Shown: piece after piece, positions 37,790 through 48,102 of the stretch
Layout: the number at the start of each line of letters is the position of its first letter
Numbering within the stretch: position 1 is the stretch's first letter
From: Seison nebaliae
Taxonomy: Eukaryota
Length of the DNA: 48,740 nucleotides
Direction of reading: 5' to 3'
NCBI GenBank assembly: GCA_023231475.1
Contig: JALJEE010002335.1
Span: forward strand, 62,001-110,740
The notes under the pieces: generated by a model
The model's database searches: none
Told to the model about the DNA's origin: nothing
Seen by the model: the letters and a program-made list of their open reading frames with translations, nothing else
Program-made: the position numbers and the translations under genes

Positions 37790-40700
37790 TTAACTATTAA
37801 ATGGTAAATAATTGTTTAAAGCAAACAATTCTTTCAACGGTCTAATTCCTCTTTCAATGTATTGTTCCATTTCGCTAACTGTAGAATCATTACCAATTTT
37901 TTCCATTTGTGTTTCCACCAATATTTCACAAATATTATCAATTGCACGATTTACAATCGCCTGAGTGAACACTAACATACGTTCTCGGAAACGTAAATGT
38001 TCAATTTCAAATATTCGTCGTTTCAACTTATCTGGATTGTCTTCTTGGGCGCCTAATTCGCCCAATTTCAAGAAACTGTCATCAGGCAAATCTCCAAGAC
38101 TTTCTTTAAATGATGCCGATGACCGAGATTTGTCGCGTTGACTCGCCGATTTCGGAGATTTGAAATTTTTCTAAAATAATTCACGTCTCATTAATAAAAT
38201 CGTAATAACAAAAATTACTGAGGATTTCTGAGCTTTGCCTTTCTCAAATTTCTTTGTTGGTGCATCGTGTTCAGTTGGTGGTTTTTTCTTCATTAATTCA
38301 CTTTCCCAAGATTCCCATACTTAATAATAATTTAAATTAATAACAGTATTAATTAACAGAAAGATTAAAATAAGTTGAACCTAAATCAGCTGTCGGAAAA
38401 TGATCATCAATTATCAAATCGATAATTTGAGTACTGAAAACAATGTTGTTGGAGAAGTCGAGACCTTTCATTTGAAATAAACTAGGAGAACTATCTTTTT
38501 TTTGTGTAGCAGTGATTATATCTTCAATTACATTTATTGGAATAACAGTTCTACTCGGGTTGTATCCAGTATGAATACGAACTAATTGTCCAAATTCACT
38601 CACTTTATCAATCGCATTACATAAAACTTGATATCTGTTAAATTTGAAATTAAAACATAAACGTATTTCAAATAAATTAAAAATTATTTCTAACACAGCG
38701 AATGTGCCAATATCCATTTTGCATTTAGGTATTCTTTCATGTAATTCTATCTCGTTTTGTACTAATTTTTCCAATAAATAATTCTTTCTCACGTCGTGGC
38801 CAACAATCGCTCTTATCAAATCTTTTAAACATCGTAGATCATAATTCCATTTCGGTATGTGTTCCTCCTTAATTTGAGAGTCTCTCGGCAATACATCGAC
38901 ATCTGTTTGATGGAATAAAATTTGACGAAATTTTTAAAATATTAATTTTACCTATAATTTCCGAAGTTGCTTTTGGCACTTCTTCGACTATTTCCATTTC
39001 TGTCAATTCTTCTTGATCATATATTTTTGAAACTAAATGTGCAAATCAAGTAATTTCTAATTAACTGATTATAAAACTGAACTTCTTGCTAATTTCACTT
39101 CGTTATGAGTAATTGGCTGCATCGTCATTTCGAGGAGATTATTTATCTTTTCCGATTTGGTATTTGGAAAGATTGTGGATTGATCCGCTTTCATAAGCTC
39201 CATATAAATTTCATTGATATTCTCAATGACTTCAGAATTATAAAAGAGATATGGATTCTTAGTACGGAACAAATCCTCTTCCGTCAGATATCTCTCAATT
39301 GGAGTACTGGGACGTTGTTTAATTCGGAGACTGTTGATGATACCATGTACTACTTCACGACAAATCGATTCTGCTTCATATTTCAGAATTTTCTGTTCTA
39401 TTCGATTTTGTCCTAAAGTATCTTGGGTTTTAGACATTGCTAATCCTCTCAAAATTACGATAATTGGCGCTCCATTCTCTAAAACTGGTGATGTATCTAA
39501 CGTCCATCTTTCGATATAGACACCAGCCTCCTTTGAACAAAATACAAAATGTTTGTTCTTTGTTTCACCCGGACGTATTACCTCTTGAAAAATATTATGA
39601 GGAATCTAATTAAGGGATATATTGAGGAAAAAACCTTGTCTCCCATCGAAATAGAATCGTTGAATTTGATGGAAATTAGTTAAATTTCTATTACCTGCCT
39701 AATATATATTTATAGATTTAAATATATTAATCTAAAAATTATAGAACCATCCACTTGAAATGTATAGTCGTATTTCCCACATTTCTCAACACAGCTGTCT
39801 TATGCGCTTTCGTGCCAATCATCGTTTCGAAGTTAATTCTTGTTTCATTACCCGCTTTCGAACTTGGATCTGCTTCCTTCCACTCAAATAACTTACTCTC
39901 CAAAATCAATGCAGGATAATCTCGAGTAGAAAAGAATTCTTCACCATCAATTACTCTTAAATCAATTGCACTCTTCAAAATTACAATAAATCATCTATTA
40001 CACAACTTATAATAGTTAACTGGCATATGAGTTTTAATTCCAATCATCTTTGAGAAATCCTGACTATTTGAAGAAAGAATTGATGAAACATTATCGAATT
40101 ATGAATAATAACGAATTCTTTTTTGAAGGAGGTAATGACGATTCACTATTGGAATTGTTTCAAATGTAACAAAAATTTAAAGTTATAAGAAAATCATAAC
40201 CTATAGGTTGGCATTGGTTCAGAATCGGAACCTATTCAAACAAAGTTCTTTTCAATACTCAATTCGGAAAATTCAATAAACTTGAAGAATCGTGATCAAG
40301 CATTGAGTTAGAAGGGAATTGTTGTGAATTACTCCAAGAATTCTTCAACGACACCGGATCACCAAGGATCGAATGAGAAACGATTTTACCGTCGTAATCG
40401 AATCTAATTCCTTGAACTGCATTTTCTAATTGATTCTTTATTGCTTTTGTTACTCCTCCACTCGCCGCCTACAAACGAGAGAAATTTAAATTGAATTTGT
40501 TGAATTATATTACGGTGAACTTGTCGTAATTCTTTTGTTGGCGGACTCTGATAGAATAAATGTGGAGGAATTAACTTCGAATCAATGGGAGCAAATTTGG
40601 CAATTTGAATTTTATTACTTGAATTAAATTGGAAATAAAATTATTCGAAAAACGAAAGAATCATTAATTGAAACCGTTCATTTTGAGCTAATCCTGTGAT

Positions 40701-40983
40701 ATCTTTCTTTACAAAATAAGTTGTTTTTCCTTTCGCCTTTTCCTTCTCCGAATTTGGTCTTAACTATAAATTTAACAAGATTAACATTTGATATAATGAG
40801 CAATTAAGTAACATTTGCTAATTTAGCTTCATTAATTTTCAATTCGTTTAAACTGTCCCGATTTACTTTATATTGAAGTTTTGGAGATTTAGGACTAATC
40901 GGTGATACGGCATCTTTTATGAATATAGATTAGAGTCCATGTCCATAAAACAGAGTCGTTTAACCTGGCTTTAGATTAATCAT
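37790..40983 (-). CDS. MYCBPAP: MYCBP-associated protein (ciliary/sperm), ~16 small exons
   Basis: Start MINLKP|DAVSP (ATG 40983). Motifs GIRFDYDGKIVSHSILG, LRNVGNTTIHFKW, RFYFDGRQEVIRPGETK..FVFCSKEAGVYIERWTLDTSPVL, EEDLFRTKNP, WNYDLRCLK. Exons join in frame through 15 small introns. Confidence 0.8.
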
Positions 40984-41030
40984 CTTTCACTGAATAGTAG
41001 TAATTTAGTAGTCTTAAATAGATTGTAACT

Positions 41031-41044
41031 ATCTCCATGGCAAC
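41031..41044. promoter_or_regulatory. RFX X-box upstream of MYCBPAP
   Basis: ATCTCC AT GGCAAC, a full consensus X-box 48 nt upstream of the ATG. Confidence 0.75.
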
Positions 41045-41150
41045 CAACTAAATATTGTAAGTATAAATTTTAATTCACTTCCCACTTCTTAAATTAATGC
41101 AAGTATTTGAATGTGTTAACGTTTTTGAAAAGTAAGTTTAATCAAAATTT

Positions 41151-42125
41151 TTATTTCCACATTAAATGATTCAATAAACACTTAGGATTTGCATTCAATA
41201 TTGTCAAACTTAAAGACTTTTTAAAATAATTCATTAAAGTTTTCTTCGATGATTCTCCAAATATTATTACCTAAATATAGTATTATGTGTAATAAAATGA
41301 AGTAAATAGAAATATACCTTCCATTGAAACTCTTCAAAATTTTCATATAATAATTTGAATTGGCTCATAAACGTATCGATATTGGAAGACGAAAAGAAAA
41401 CCATGATGGAACGATTCCAATTGTTTATTTTTTTAATTTCATTTATCAAATTCGGATTTGGAATAGTTTCATACGCTGTAAACTTCTCCACTTCAACTAA
41501 AAAAAATAATTTTTCGTTTAAAAACATTCTAAAAAACTGTTCGGATTCAACTGTGTTCGAAATTCATCATTAGCCAATTGACTGGATGGATAGAGTAGTT
41601 TATAATTTTTTCCTCGTAATGCTAAGAAAATAAGAATGGTGAAATATTAAATAAAAAAACTTGAATTAATTTTCTTGATCAAATCGTCTCTACAACTACA
41701 GTCAAATCCAAAAACTAAATCTCTGTCGATTTCTTTTAATTGATCGACTAAATCAGAAAGAATGATAAAAAACTAAAAAAGAAAAAACGCTAACGGACAT
41801 ATTCACCAGTAATTGATGAAACCACAAAACAGAATTTATTCTTCAAATTAACATTTTTCGCGGACTTCAAACAATCAACCGATCGTTTACTTGTGAAAAT
41901 AAATCCATTCATTTCCTCCATCTTTCATAAGATAAATCATTAAAATTACTCAAATTATTTGTAAAAAATGAGAATTGAAACTTTGAGAAATCTCTCTTCT
42001 ATTTCATGTACGAGATATCGAAATTCGATTGTCTCAATCGATCCACTATTGACAAAATGGAAATTTTTTAAAAGTGACAAATATTCGTCATTTCCGTTAA
42101 GTGATGATTTGATGAGATAAATTGG
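41151..42125 (-). CDS. UROS: Uroporphyrinogen-III synthase (HEM4/HemD) domain, C-terminal half of the fusion gene
   Basis: IYLIKS, DEYLSLL, GFIFTSKRSV, CFVVSSIT, LLYPSSQL, AYETIPNP, VFFSSSN, IFGESS, NPKCL align in order with animal UROS motifs (VLLLKD, DPY, GLIFTSPRAV, VYVVGNAT, LLFPCGNL, VYQTVAHP, TFFSPSG, AIGPTT, TPQAL). Confidence 0.8.
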
Positions 42126-42803
42126 AGTATCGATTCGAATATAATAATGTAAGAGAGTGGAAGTTGAGCCACTAACACCTCCAAAAGTAAATTTATTTGT
42201 ATTCTTTAATTTTGTTAGGAAATGGAAACGATCCGTTTCTGCGAATATTTTCGATAATTCATTCGCTGTCCAATTGAGTGATGCAATGATGAATTGATAT
42301 TTAAAATATGAATTAGTTATTCTTTTAATGAAAGTTACATAATGTTTAATCAATTCTTTTTTCGATGAAATCGCATCAAATGTTCCCATATCGATTAAAA
42401 GCAAATTTGTATATCGATGAGAATCGATGAAACTGTCAATACTTTCATCAGATGTCACATCTACAACATTTAGTTGGATATTTGAATTACAATTGATTCG
42501 TGCTTTATCTATCGCCTTCTGACAATAATCTATTCCAATTATCTCAATTGTCTTATTCATTCTCTTATTCATTTCATGAATAAGAGAACAAAACTGACCT
42601 TCTCCACATCCAATATCGATTATTGTCAAATCATTCGAACATTCTTCTATGATTCCACCAACACAATTCTTCAATTCATCAACTACATCACTTTCGAACC
42701 AATGATTCAATTCGTCATTATTAGACCCAATGAACTGTTCCGTATAAACTTCATCCCAATAAGTCTTATCAGCTAATCCTGTATATTGCCACTCATCCCC
42801 CAT
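41151..42803 (-). CDS. EEF1AKMT2: Fusion protein: EEF1A lysine methyltransferase 2 (METTL10/Efm4 type) + uroporphyrinogen-III synthase, 6 exons, ~472 aa
   Basis: Exons 42803-41982, 41921-41795, 41747-41661, 41621-41538, 41496-41318, 41270-41151. N-terminal YWDEVY, IDIGCGEG, GIDYC, IDMGTFDAIS, SLNWT.NEL, FTFGG.SG continue without a stop into a UROS-like domain. Confidence 0.85.
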
Positions 42804-43203
42804 TTAATTCATTCACCAACTTTAATCGAATTTCAAATTTCAAATTCTCCATGAAGACGCAGTGGAAATAACGATATACTATTGAAATAGAAAGCTTAAA
42901 TTGTACTCAATTGAGAGTCAGAATATTCATTTATTTAGTATTAATAAAAATATTAATTATAAAAAAATTCTTTCGATTGTCAACATTACACGTAGCATTA
43001 CTTTAGAAACTTCTTATAATGATAAAATGTTCATAATCTCAATCGAGTACTATAATGACATCAATAGGAAAAACAAAACACTTAATAAAATTAATTATCC
43101 CAATTTTTTTTAATGAAAATTACAGTCGGTTATCTTAATTCATTTTTGATTTACCTCCAGGGGATTTGATACTATAAATAAAAAAAATAAAATTTTTTTA
43201 AAA

Positions 43204-44019
43204 TCATTTTCTTCGTTTCTTGGAGTTTCTCTTCCCATTTTTAGTATTGTTCCGACTCTTTCCATTACCTGTTCTTCCCCGTCGCTTACCACTGCCATTC
43301 TTATTCTTTCCATTATTTATCTTCCTTCGTCCTTTACTGGTGCTATTTTTGCTCCATCTATTACTTGTCTTGCTTCGTCCTTTACTTGTACCATTTTTGC
43401 TCCATCTATTACCTGTCTTTCTCCTTCCTTTACTACTACCATTCTTACTCTTTCCATTATTTGTCTTGCTTCGTCCTTTACCAGTACCATTTTTACTTCT
43501 TCCATTATTTGTTTTTCCAGGTCTTTTACCAGTACTGCGACTGTTATTTGAAAGACTTACTTCATTGTTAACTGACAGATTTAAACTGAAAGTACCGTAT
43601 TGGATGGTTGTTGTGGTTTTTTCCAATTCTTCACTACGAACTTGCGTTAAAGTCGATGTAGATATTATTGGAGTTAGGGAATTAAATTTCGAAGTTTCTG
43701 TCGTTAATCTTGAGGTGGTCGAAATATTTAACGGGAGAGTAGTCAAACCATTTGTTGTCAACAATTGTGTTTTTGTTTTGGTATTTTCGACAGTGCAGAA
43801 AATATCAACCATGATTGATGGCATATCTAACATTTCCTCGCAAGATCTTGGTTCGTTAAGCTCACCTTCAACTTGTATTTTAAGCAGTTTCAACGAATTT
43901 GATTCCACGAAAAACATGTTCATTTGAGATATATTGCTTTTGGGTGTCGGTATACTCCATTGGAAATGCGATGCTGATGCATAAGAAACTAATAGAATAA
44001 AATTTATAAACATAATCAT
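43204..44019 (-). CDS. Secreted orphan protein: signal peptide, 2-Cys domain, Thr/Ser-rich linker, highly basic repeat tail
   Basis: Intronless 271-aa ORF with signal peptide MIMFINFILLVSYASA. TATA-like tatataaaa ~50 nt upstream. Confidence 0.75.
   Translation of the reverse strand: MIMFINFILLVSYASASHFQWSIPTPKSNISQMNMFFVESNSLKLLKIQVEGELNEPRSCEEMLDMPSIMVDIFCTVENTKTKTQLLTTNGLTTLPLNISTTSRLTTETSKFNSLTPIISTSTLTQVRSEELEKTTTTIQYGTFSLNLSVNNEVSLSNNSRSTGKRPGKTNNGRSKNGTGKGRSKTNNGKSKNGSSKGRRKTGNRWSKNGTSKGRSKTSNRWSKNSTSKGRRKINNGKNKNGSGKRRGRTGNGKSRNNTKNGKRNSKKRRK
43225..43515 (-). repeat. Six 48-nt / 16-aa K/R/G/N/S-rich tandem repeats
   Basis: KTNNGRSKNGTGKGRS, KTNNGKSKNGSSKGRR, KTGNRWSKNGTSKGRS, KTSNRWSKNSTSKGRR, KINNGKNKNGSGKRRG, RTGNGKSRNNTKNGKR. 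Confidence 0.9.
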
Positions 44020-44351
44020 TTAAATTTTCTTTGATTCCCAAAACCGTCAACTTCTGACAGACTTTTATATAAAGAATGAAAGGCATTAAATCAACATAAT
44101 AATTTCCTTTACCTATTAACATCATCATACCATTTACCAAAGGAAATGATTATAATTTGATGTAATAACTAATTTAATCAAAAAATTTGTTATTCAACAG
44201 CATAATTTGACGTCAGTATTGACTGAAGAAGAATTAGAAGGAGACAAATAAATAAATAAATATGAAATTTGTGCATTCTGTTTTAAATACTCTGAATAAT
44301 TTTAAAAAATTAAATAATATGTTTATTATTATTTTCTATTTGGTAATCTCA

Positions 44352-44738
44352 TTACTTCCCGAAAATACCATCGATAATCTGTTCAATAAAACCTGGTTCA
44401 TTTTCTGCATCGGTTTCATCATCGGCGTTACCATCGCCCATTACTAATGATGGTATTGGTGGTGTTACGATAGGATCCAGGAATGAAATTGAACATTCAC
44501 CTTCAAAGATTATATTACCATTTGAAATTAGATCGCTGCATGAACTGTAATGCATTTGGTTCTTCAGTCGAATTGCAGATATTTTATATTCCGATCTACT
44601 TTCTTTATTTATAAAAAATTCAATGTTGTCAATATCATTTTTGTTCACGTCGAATGTTAGATATCTCAAGAAACAATAAGACTGTTTAACGAATATTAAA
44701 CAACAGAGAAAAAGACTGTATCTCAAAAACAAATTCAT
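44352..44738 (-). CDS. Secreted orphan protein with an acidic tail, likely a divergent paralog of 43204-44019
   Basis: Intronless 128 aa with signal peptide. SC-x14-C motif shared with the neighbour. Tail DGNADDETDAENEP. Confidence 0.7.
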   Translation of the reverse strand: MNLFLRYSLFLCCLIFVKQSYCFLRYLTFDVNKNDIDNIEFFINKESRSEYKISAIRLKNQMHYSSCSDLISNGNIIFEGECSISFLDPIVTPPIPSLVMGDGNADDETDAENEPGFIEQIIDGIFGK

Positions 44739-45569
44739 CGTTTTAGAATTTTTTTAAATTTATTAAATCTGTTGATTGCCAAAGTTTGCTTGAGTTTGCG
44801 AAAATTATTCAATTTTCTTCCTTACCCAATATATGTTGCCGAGCTCAAGGAAATAGAATTATAAGTGCAAATAACTTTTTTGAATTGGCTGTTCTTTTTA
44901 GTTCCTCTCTAAAATTGGAAAAAATAAAATTAAATATAACTCTATACAAAATTTTCCAAATAATTATATACACTTCTTACTCGTAGACAGTACTTGGAAA
45001 ATAATTAAAAACAAATGTAGTTTGATACGTTGACGAAAAATCCAATAATGATGTTCATTAAGGTTCCATTTTAGCTCTGACTATTGAGCAGAAAATGTTT
45101 TACTCATTTCCATTTTTCTTCCGCAATCGGTTGTTTGGGTCCTTTAGTCTTATGCGGATAATACGGTAATCAACAGCGAAAGAGCTATATTACAATTGTT
45201 AGTGTGAGAAGTGGTTTGTCTCAATTGTTTTGTTCAAAAAGCATCTAGAAATATTTGTTTTTTAGGCTGCCACAATGATAACACTGTACAACAAAAAAAA
45301 AGTAACGCAAAAATGAAACCTGTTTCTAGATCGGAATTTTCCTTAGATTACAAATATACTAACCAATTTTTTTGGGAGGTCGCAGTTTTTTCAGAAAAAC
45401 CAATTTTCTAGTTCTGTGTTATATTTTTTTGAAATCGAAAATTTTACCACTAATATTCAACCTTTTTCATTTATTTTTTATGGAGATTGTAGGAAATTAA
45501 AAGTAGTTTAGAAAATTGTTAATAAAGTATTATTTAAGTTTATAACAAGGTTAAGTATTTTAAGATATA

Positions 45570-46720
45570 ATCACGGACTCCTGAAATAATCTGGAAATGA
45601 GTGCTGGAGCAATCACCGTGAACAACACACCTAGTGGAATTACAGGACAGATGAGCGAGAAATCTGAGGATGGGATATGGGACGAGTTGACGCACAAGGT
45701 AATCAAAAACATAAGAAACGTTAACGGAATCGAATGCCTTTGTAGCATCAAGAAAGAGAAGATGTAAAGATAGTTTCATTTCCTTGGCAATACTTATAGC
45801 CGAACGGAGAATGAGAAGGAGAGGATAGACGATCGATAAGCAAATTGGTAGGATGGCGAAAAGAGTACGTTCCGATATCGGATCAAAATGAGGTTCTCGA
45901 ATACTTTCAGTAGGAACGAAGAAATGCAGATCGGTCTGTATGAATTTAACGAGATTTGATCGATATTCGGTTTCTTCAGAATTGGAATTATTTTAAAGAG
46001 GAGTGAGATAGAGGAGAACTGATAATGAGAAAGAATCAGATTTAAGGAATCAGTAAGGCCGGTTACGAGTGATGGAAATAAGTGTTGCACAAATTTAATG
46101 CAAACGTTATCGAAACCGTGAGCCTTAGTACCTTCGAGAGCCTGGATAGATTCGAAAATGTCTTGAGGAGTGAAAAAATCGAAATGGACATTGCCGATAT
46201 GGCAGACGTGGGGTATAATGGAGGTGCGGTACATATAGTAGTCGAAGTATTCCGCGAAGGAGTTGGCAGAAATAGAAGATGTCGATGAGTTGGGGGAAGC
46301 GATTGGTTATTAATTTCCAAATGTTCGAAGGACGTGAAGAAAGACAAGCATTACGGAGCCTGCCGTGAAAATGGTCCCTGACACACTTTCTCACGGCTCT
46401 GCGAAACAACTTCCGAGATCTTAGATGATGTTCGTGGTTGAGAGAAGAAGGATTTTCGCGGAAGGTTTTCCAGCAACCGGAAGCTCGACGCTTAAGATGG
46501 GAAATAGAAGAAAAATTGGAAATAGGAGGACGAGAAAATTGTTGACGATGGGAAAAAGTGGTAGATGAACATTGGGGAATAAAGAGTAACTGCTCAGTAG
46601 GGGAGAGAGTAGTGTTCATAAACGTAGGGGAAGCATTAAAAATAATTACTTGCTGGCGCATGAGAGAGGGGGTTTACAATAGTCCTTGCAGGTAATGTTA
46701 CGTGGGGTGGTATTTGGAGA
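45570..46720 (-). mobile_element. Frameshifted, truncated non-LTR retrotransposon (CR1/L2/Jockey-group-like RT, N-terminal part)
   Basis: Three frames give RKLFRRAVRK...IWKLI, KAHGFDNV, IIPILKKP...NSYRPICISSFLLKVFE, QFAYR, LFLDATKAFDSV and SGVR. It breaks off before the YADD motif. Confidence 0.9.
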
Positions 46721-46851
46721 ATAGAAAGTCATGGAAGTGGGAGCGTTTGCAACCTAACAAACTTCGAATGCATCGATTATATGCTCGATCCAAAGCGTAC
46801 ATAGATTTCATTGAAAACGATATAGCTGCCTGTAATCCGTAGGGGGACAGA

Positions 46852-46911
46852 CAATTCGGAGACGTGCCAATTCGGAGATGCGAACAATTCGGAGACGCGA
46901 CAATTCGGAGA
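46852..46911 (+). repeat. Four copies of CAATTCGGAGA with 5-6 nt spacers; probable subterminal repeat of a DNA transposon end
   Basis: Copies at 46852, 46868, 46885 and 46901, preceded by TAGGGGG at ~46840. Confidence 0.7.
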
Positions 46912-47770
46912 CCATTTTTAATACTGTAATGAATAGTGTAACAAGATGGTAATTTTTCTTGTTAAAAATATTACTTACGATATGTTAGTACGATCCCTTT
47001 TAATACATACGATTTAAGATACGATCGGTGGAAGTAAGAAATATTGGAAACGGTTAACGAATTGTCAAAGAAAAGTGTTCAGTGTGAAATATAGAAATAA
47101 TTATGCAAAAGATTTGGGAATATTGGACGATGATATTTTGAAAAATTTAACAAATTTGGACATAATAGAAAATTTTATGAAAATAAAAATAAGATCAAAT
47201 TTTCGATTTTGTCGGACTAATGGAATATTACGAAGAAACAATAGTTAACAATAGGATAAACTAAAGCTGAAACTGGTAGATGTTTTATATGTGAAAACTC
47301 GAGTTAGTCAAAGAAAGAAATATATCATAACGATAAACGGATTATACTGAAATATAACCGGTTAACTAACTTCTCGTAATAAAATTTCTTTTTAATTTAT
47401 TAATTAATAAGATTCGACGCGATGTTTTATGAATATTACAAATCTAAATTCTTAGAAATCTAACTTGTATTAAAATGGATTTTTTAAAGTCAATACCTAT
47501 ATAATTATATATCATTAGATAGTTCATATCATATAAAGTTCTTCAGGTTAACATTTTTTCTTGACATTTTAAGTAAAACAAACAATTTTATTTCATTAGT
47601 ATTCTAAATTATGAGTTTACTATAAAAGGAGAGAATTTGTTGAACTATTTTCAATTTCTATTTTCTTAATGCGTGTTGGTGAGAAAGTTAATTTTCAAAT
47701 TTCTTTTTTCTAAATAATTTCATTTTTACTATTTTAGTTAGAATCACTAACGCGCACCTCGTCCCTTAGA

Positions 47771-48091
47771 GATCCGGCGAAGCGACAGTGGGATGACCTT
47801 TGCCTCTTGGCGACACCAGGTCACTATAGATGGTAGGTGGTCCTCCGATAATAACATACGGTATCTCAATGGCAACCATTGAGCGGTTGTCGAGATATCC
47901 GTTATTTATCGTCTGGTCATCTCTCATGGCAACCATTGGGCGGTTGTCGAGATGGTCAGGGTCTATAGGGTATTGATGGCAACGTTGGCCCAGTTGTCAT
48001 CATACCTGATGATTAGGTCGAGGTAAGCCTAGGGGCCCCATCTGACCTGGTGGGCGTGGCTCTGGTTCCTCCCGCTTGTATGGTCCGGATC
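47771..48091 (+). ncRNA. Putative structured RNA element / 5' leader (multibranch fold with three related hairpins)
   Basis: Nested complementary segments and G-U pairs are consistent on the + strand (see findings). GC-rich island in AT-rich DNA. Confidence 0.55.
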
Positions 48092-48102
48092 AACTTAGTT
48101 AG

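Noticed and set aside
43220..43927. 235-aa hydrophobic L/P/F-rich ORF on the + strand
   Set aside because: Antisense mirror of the K/R/G/N repeat gene; TTG start.
45211..45290. RING-like fragment CLNC...RNICFLGCH
   Set aside because: Only half a motif with no downstream Cys pairs and no ATG; unsupported.
46852..46911. CRISPR-like repeat-spacer pattern
   Set aside because: Repeats are 11 nt and spacers 5-6 nt, far too short. The context is eukaryotic and there are no cas genes.
48006..48040. Hammerhead ribozyme suggested by CTGATGA followed by a stem
   Set aside because: The required GAAA after stem II and the stem III/UH site are absent.
47761..48091. Identification as 7SK, SRP RNA, RNase MRP/P or an HDV-like ribozyme
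   Set aside because: Only short fragmentary resemblances (GATC..GCGACA, GGGGC). No SRP helix-8 motif, no GAAAGTCCCC, no convincing HDV P3/L3, and no oligo-T Pol III terminator right after the fold.
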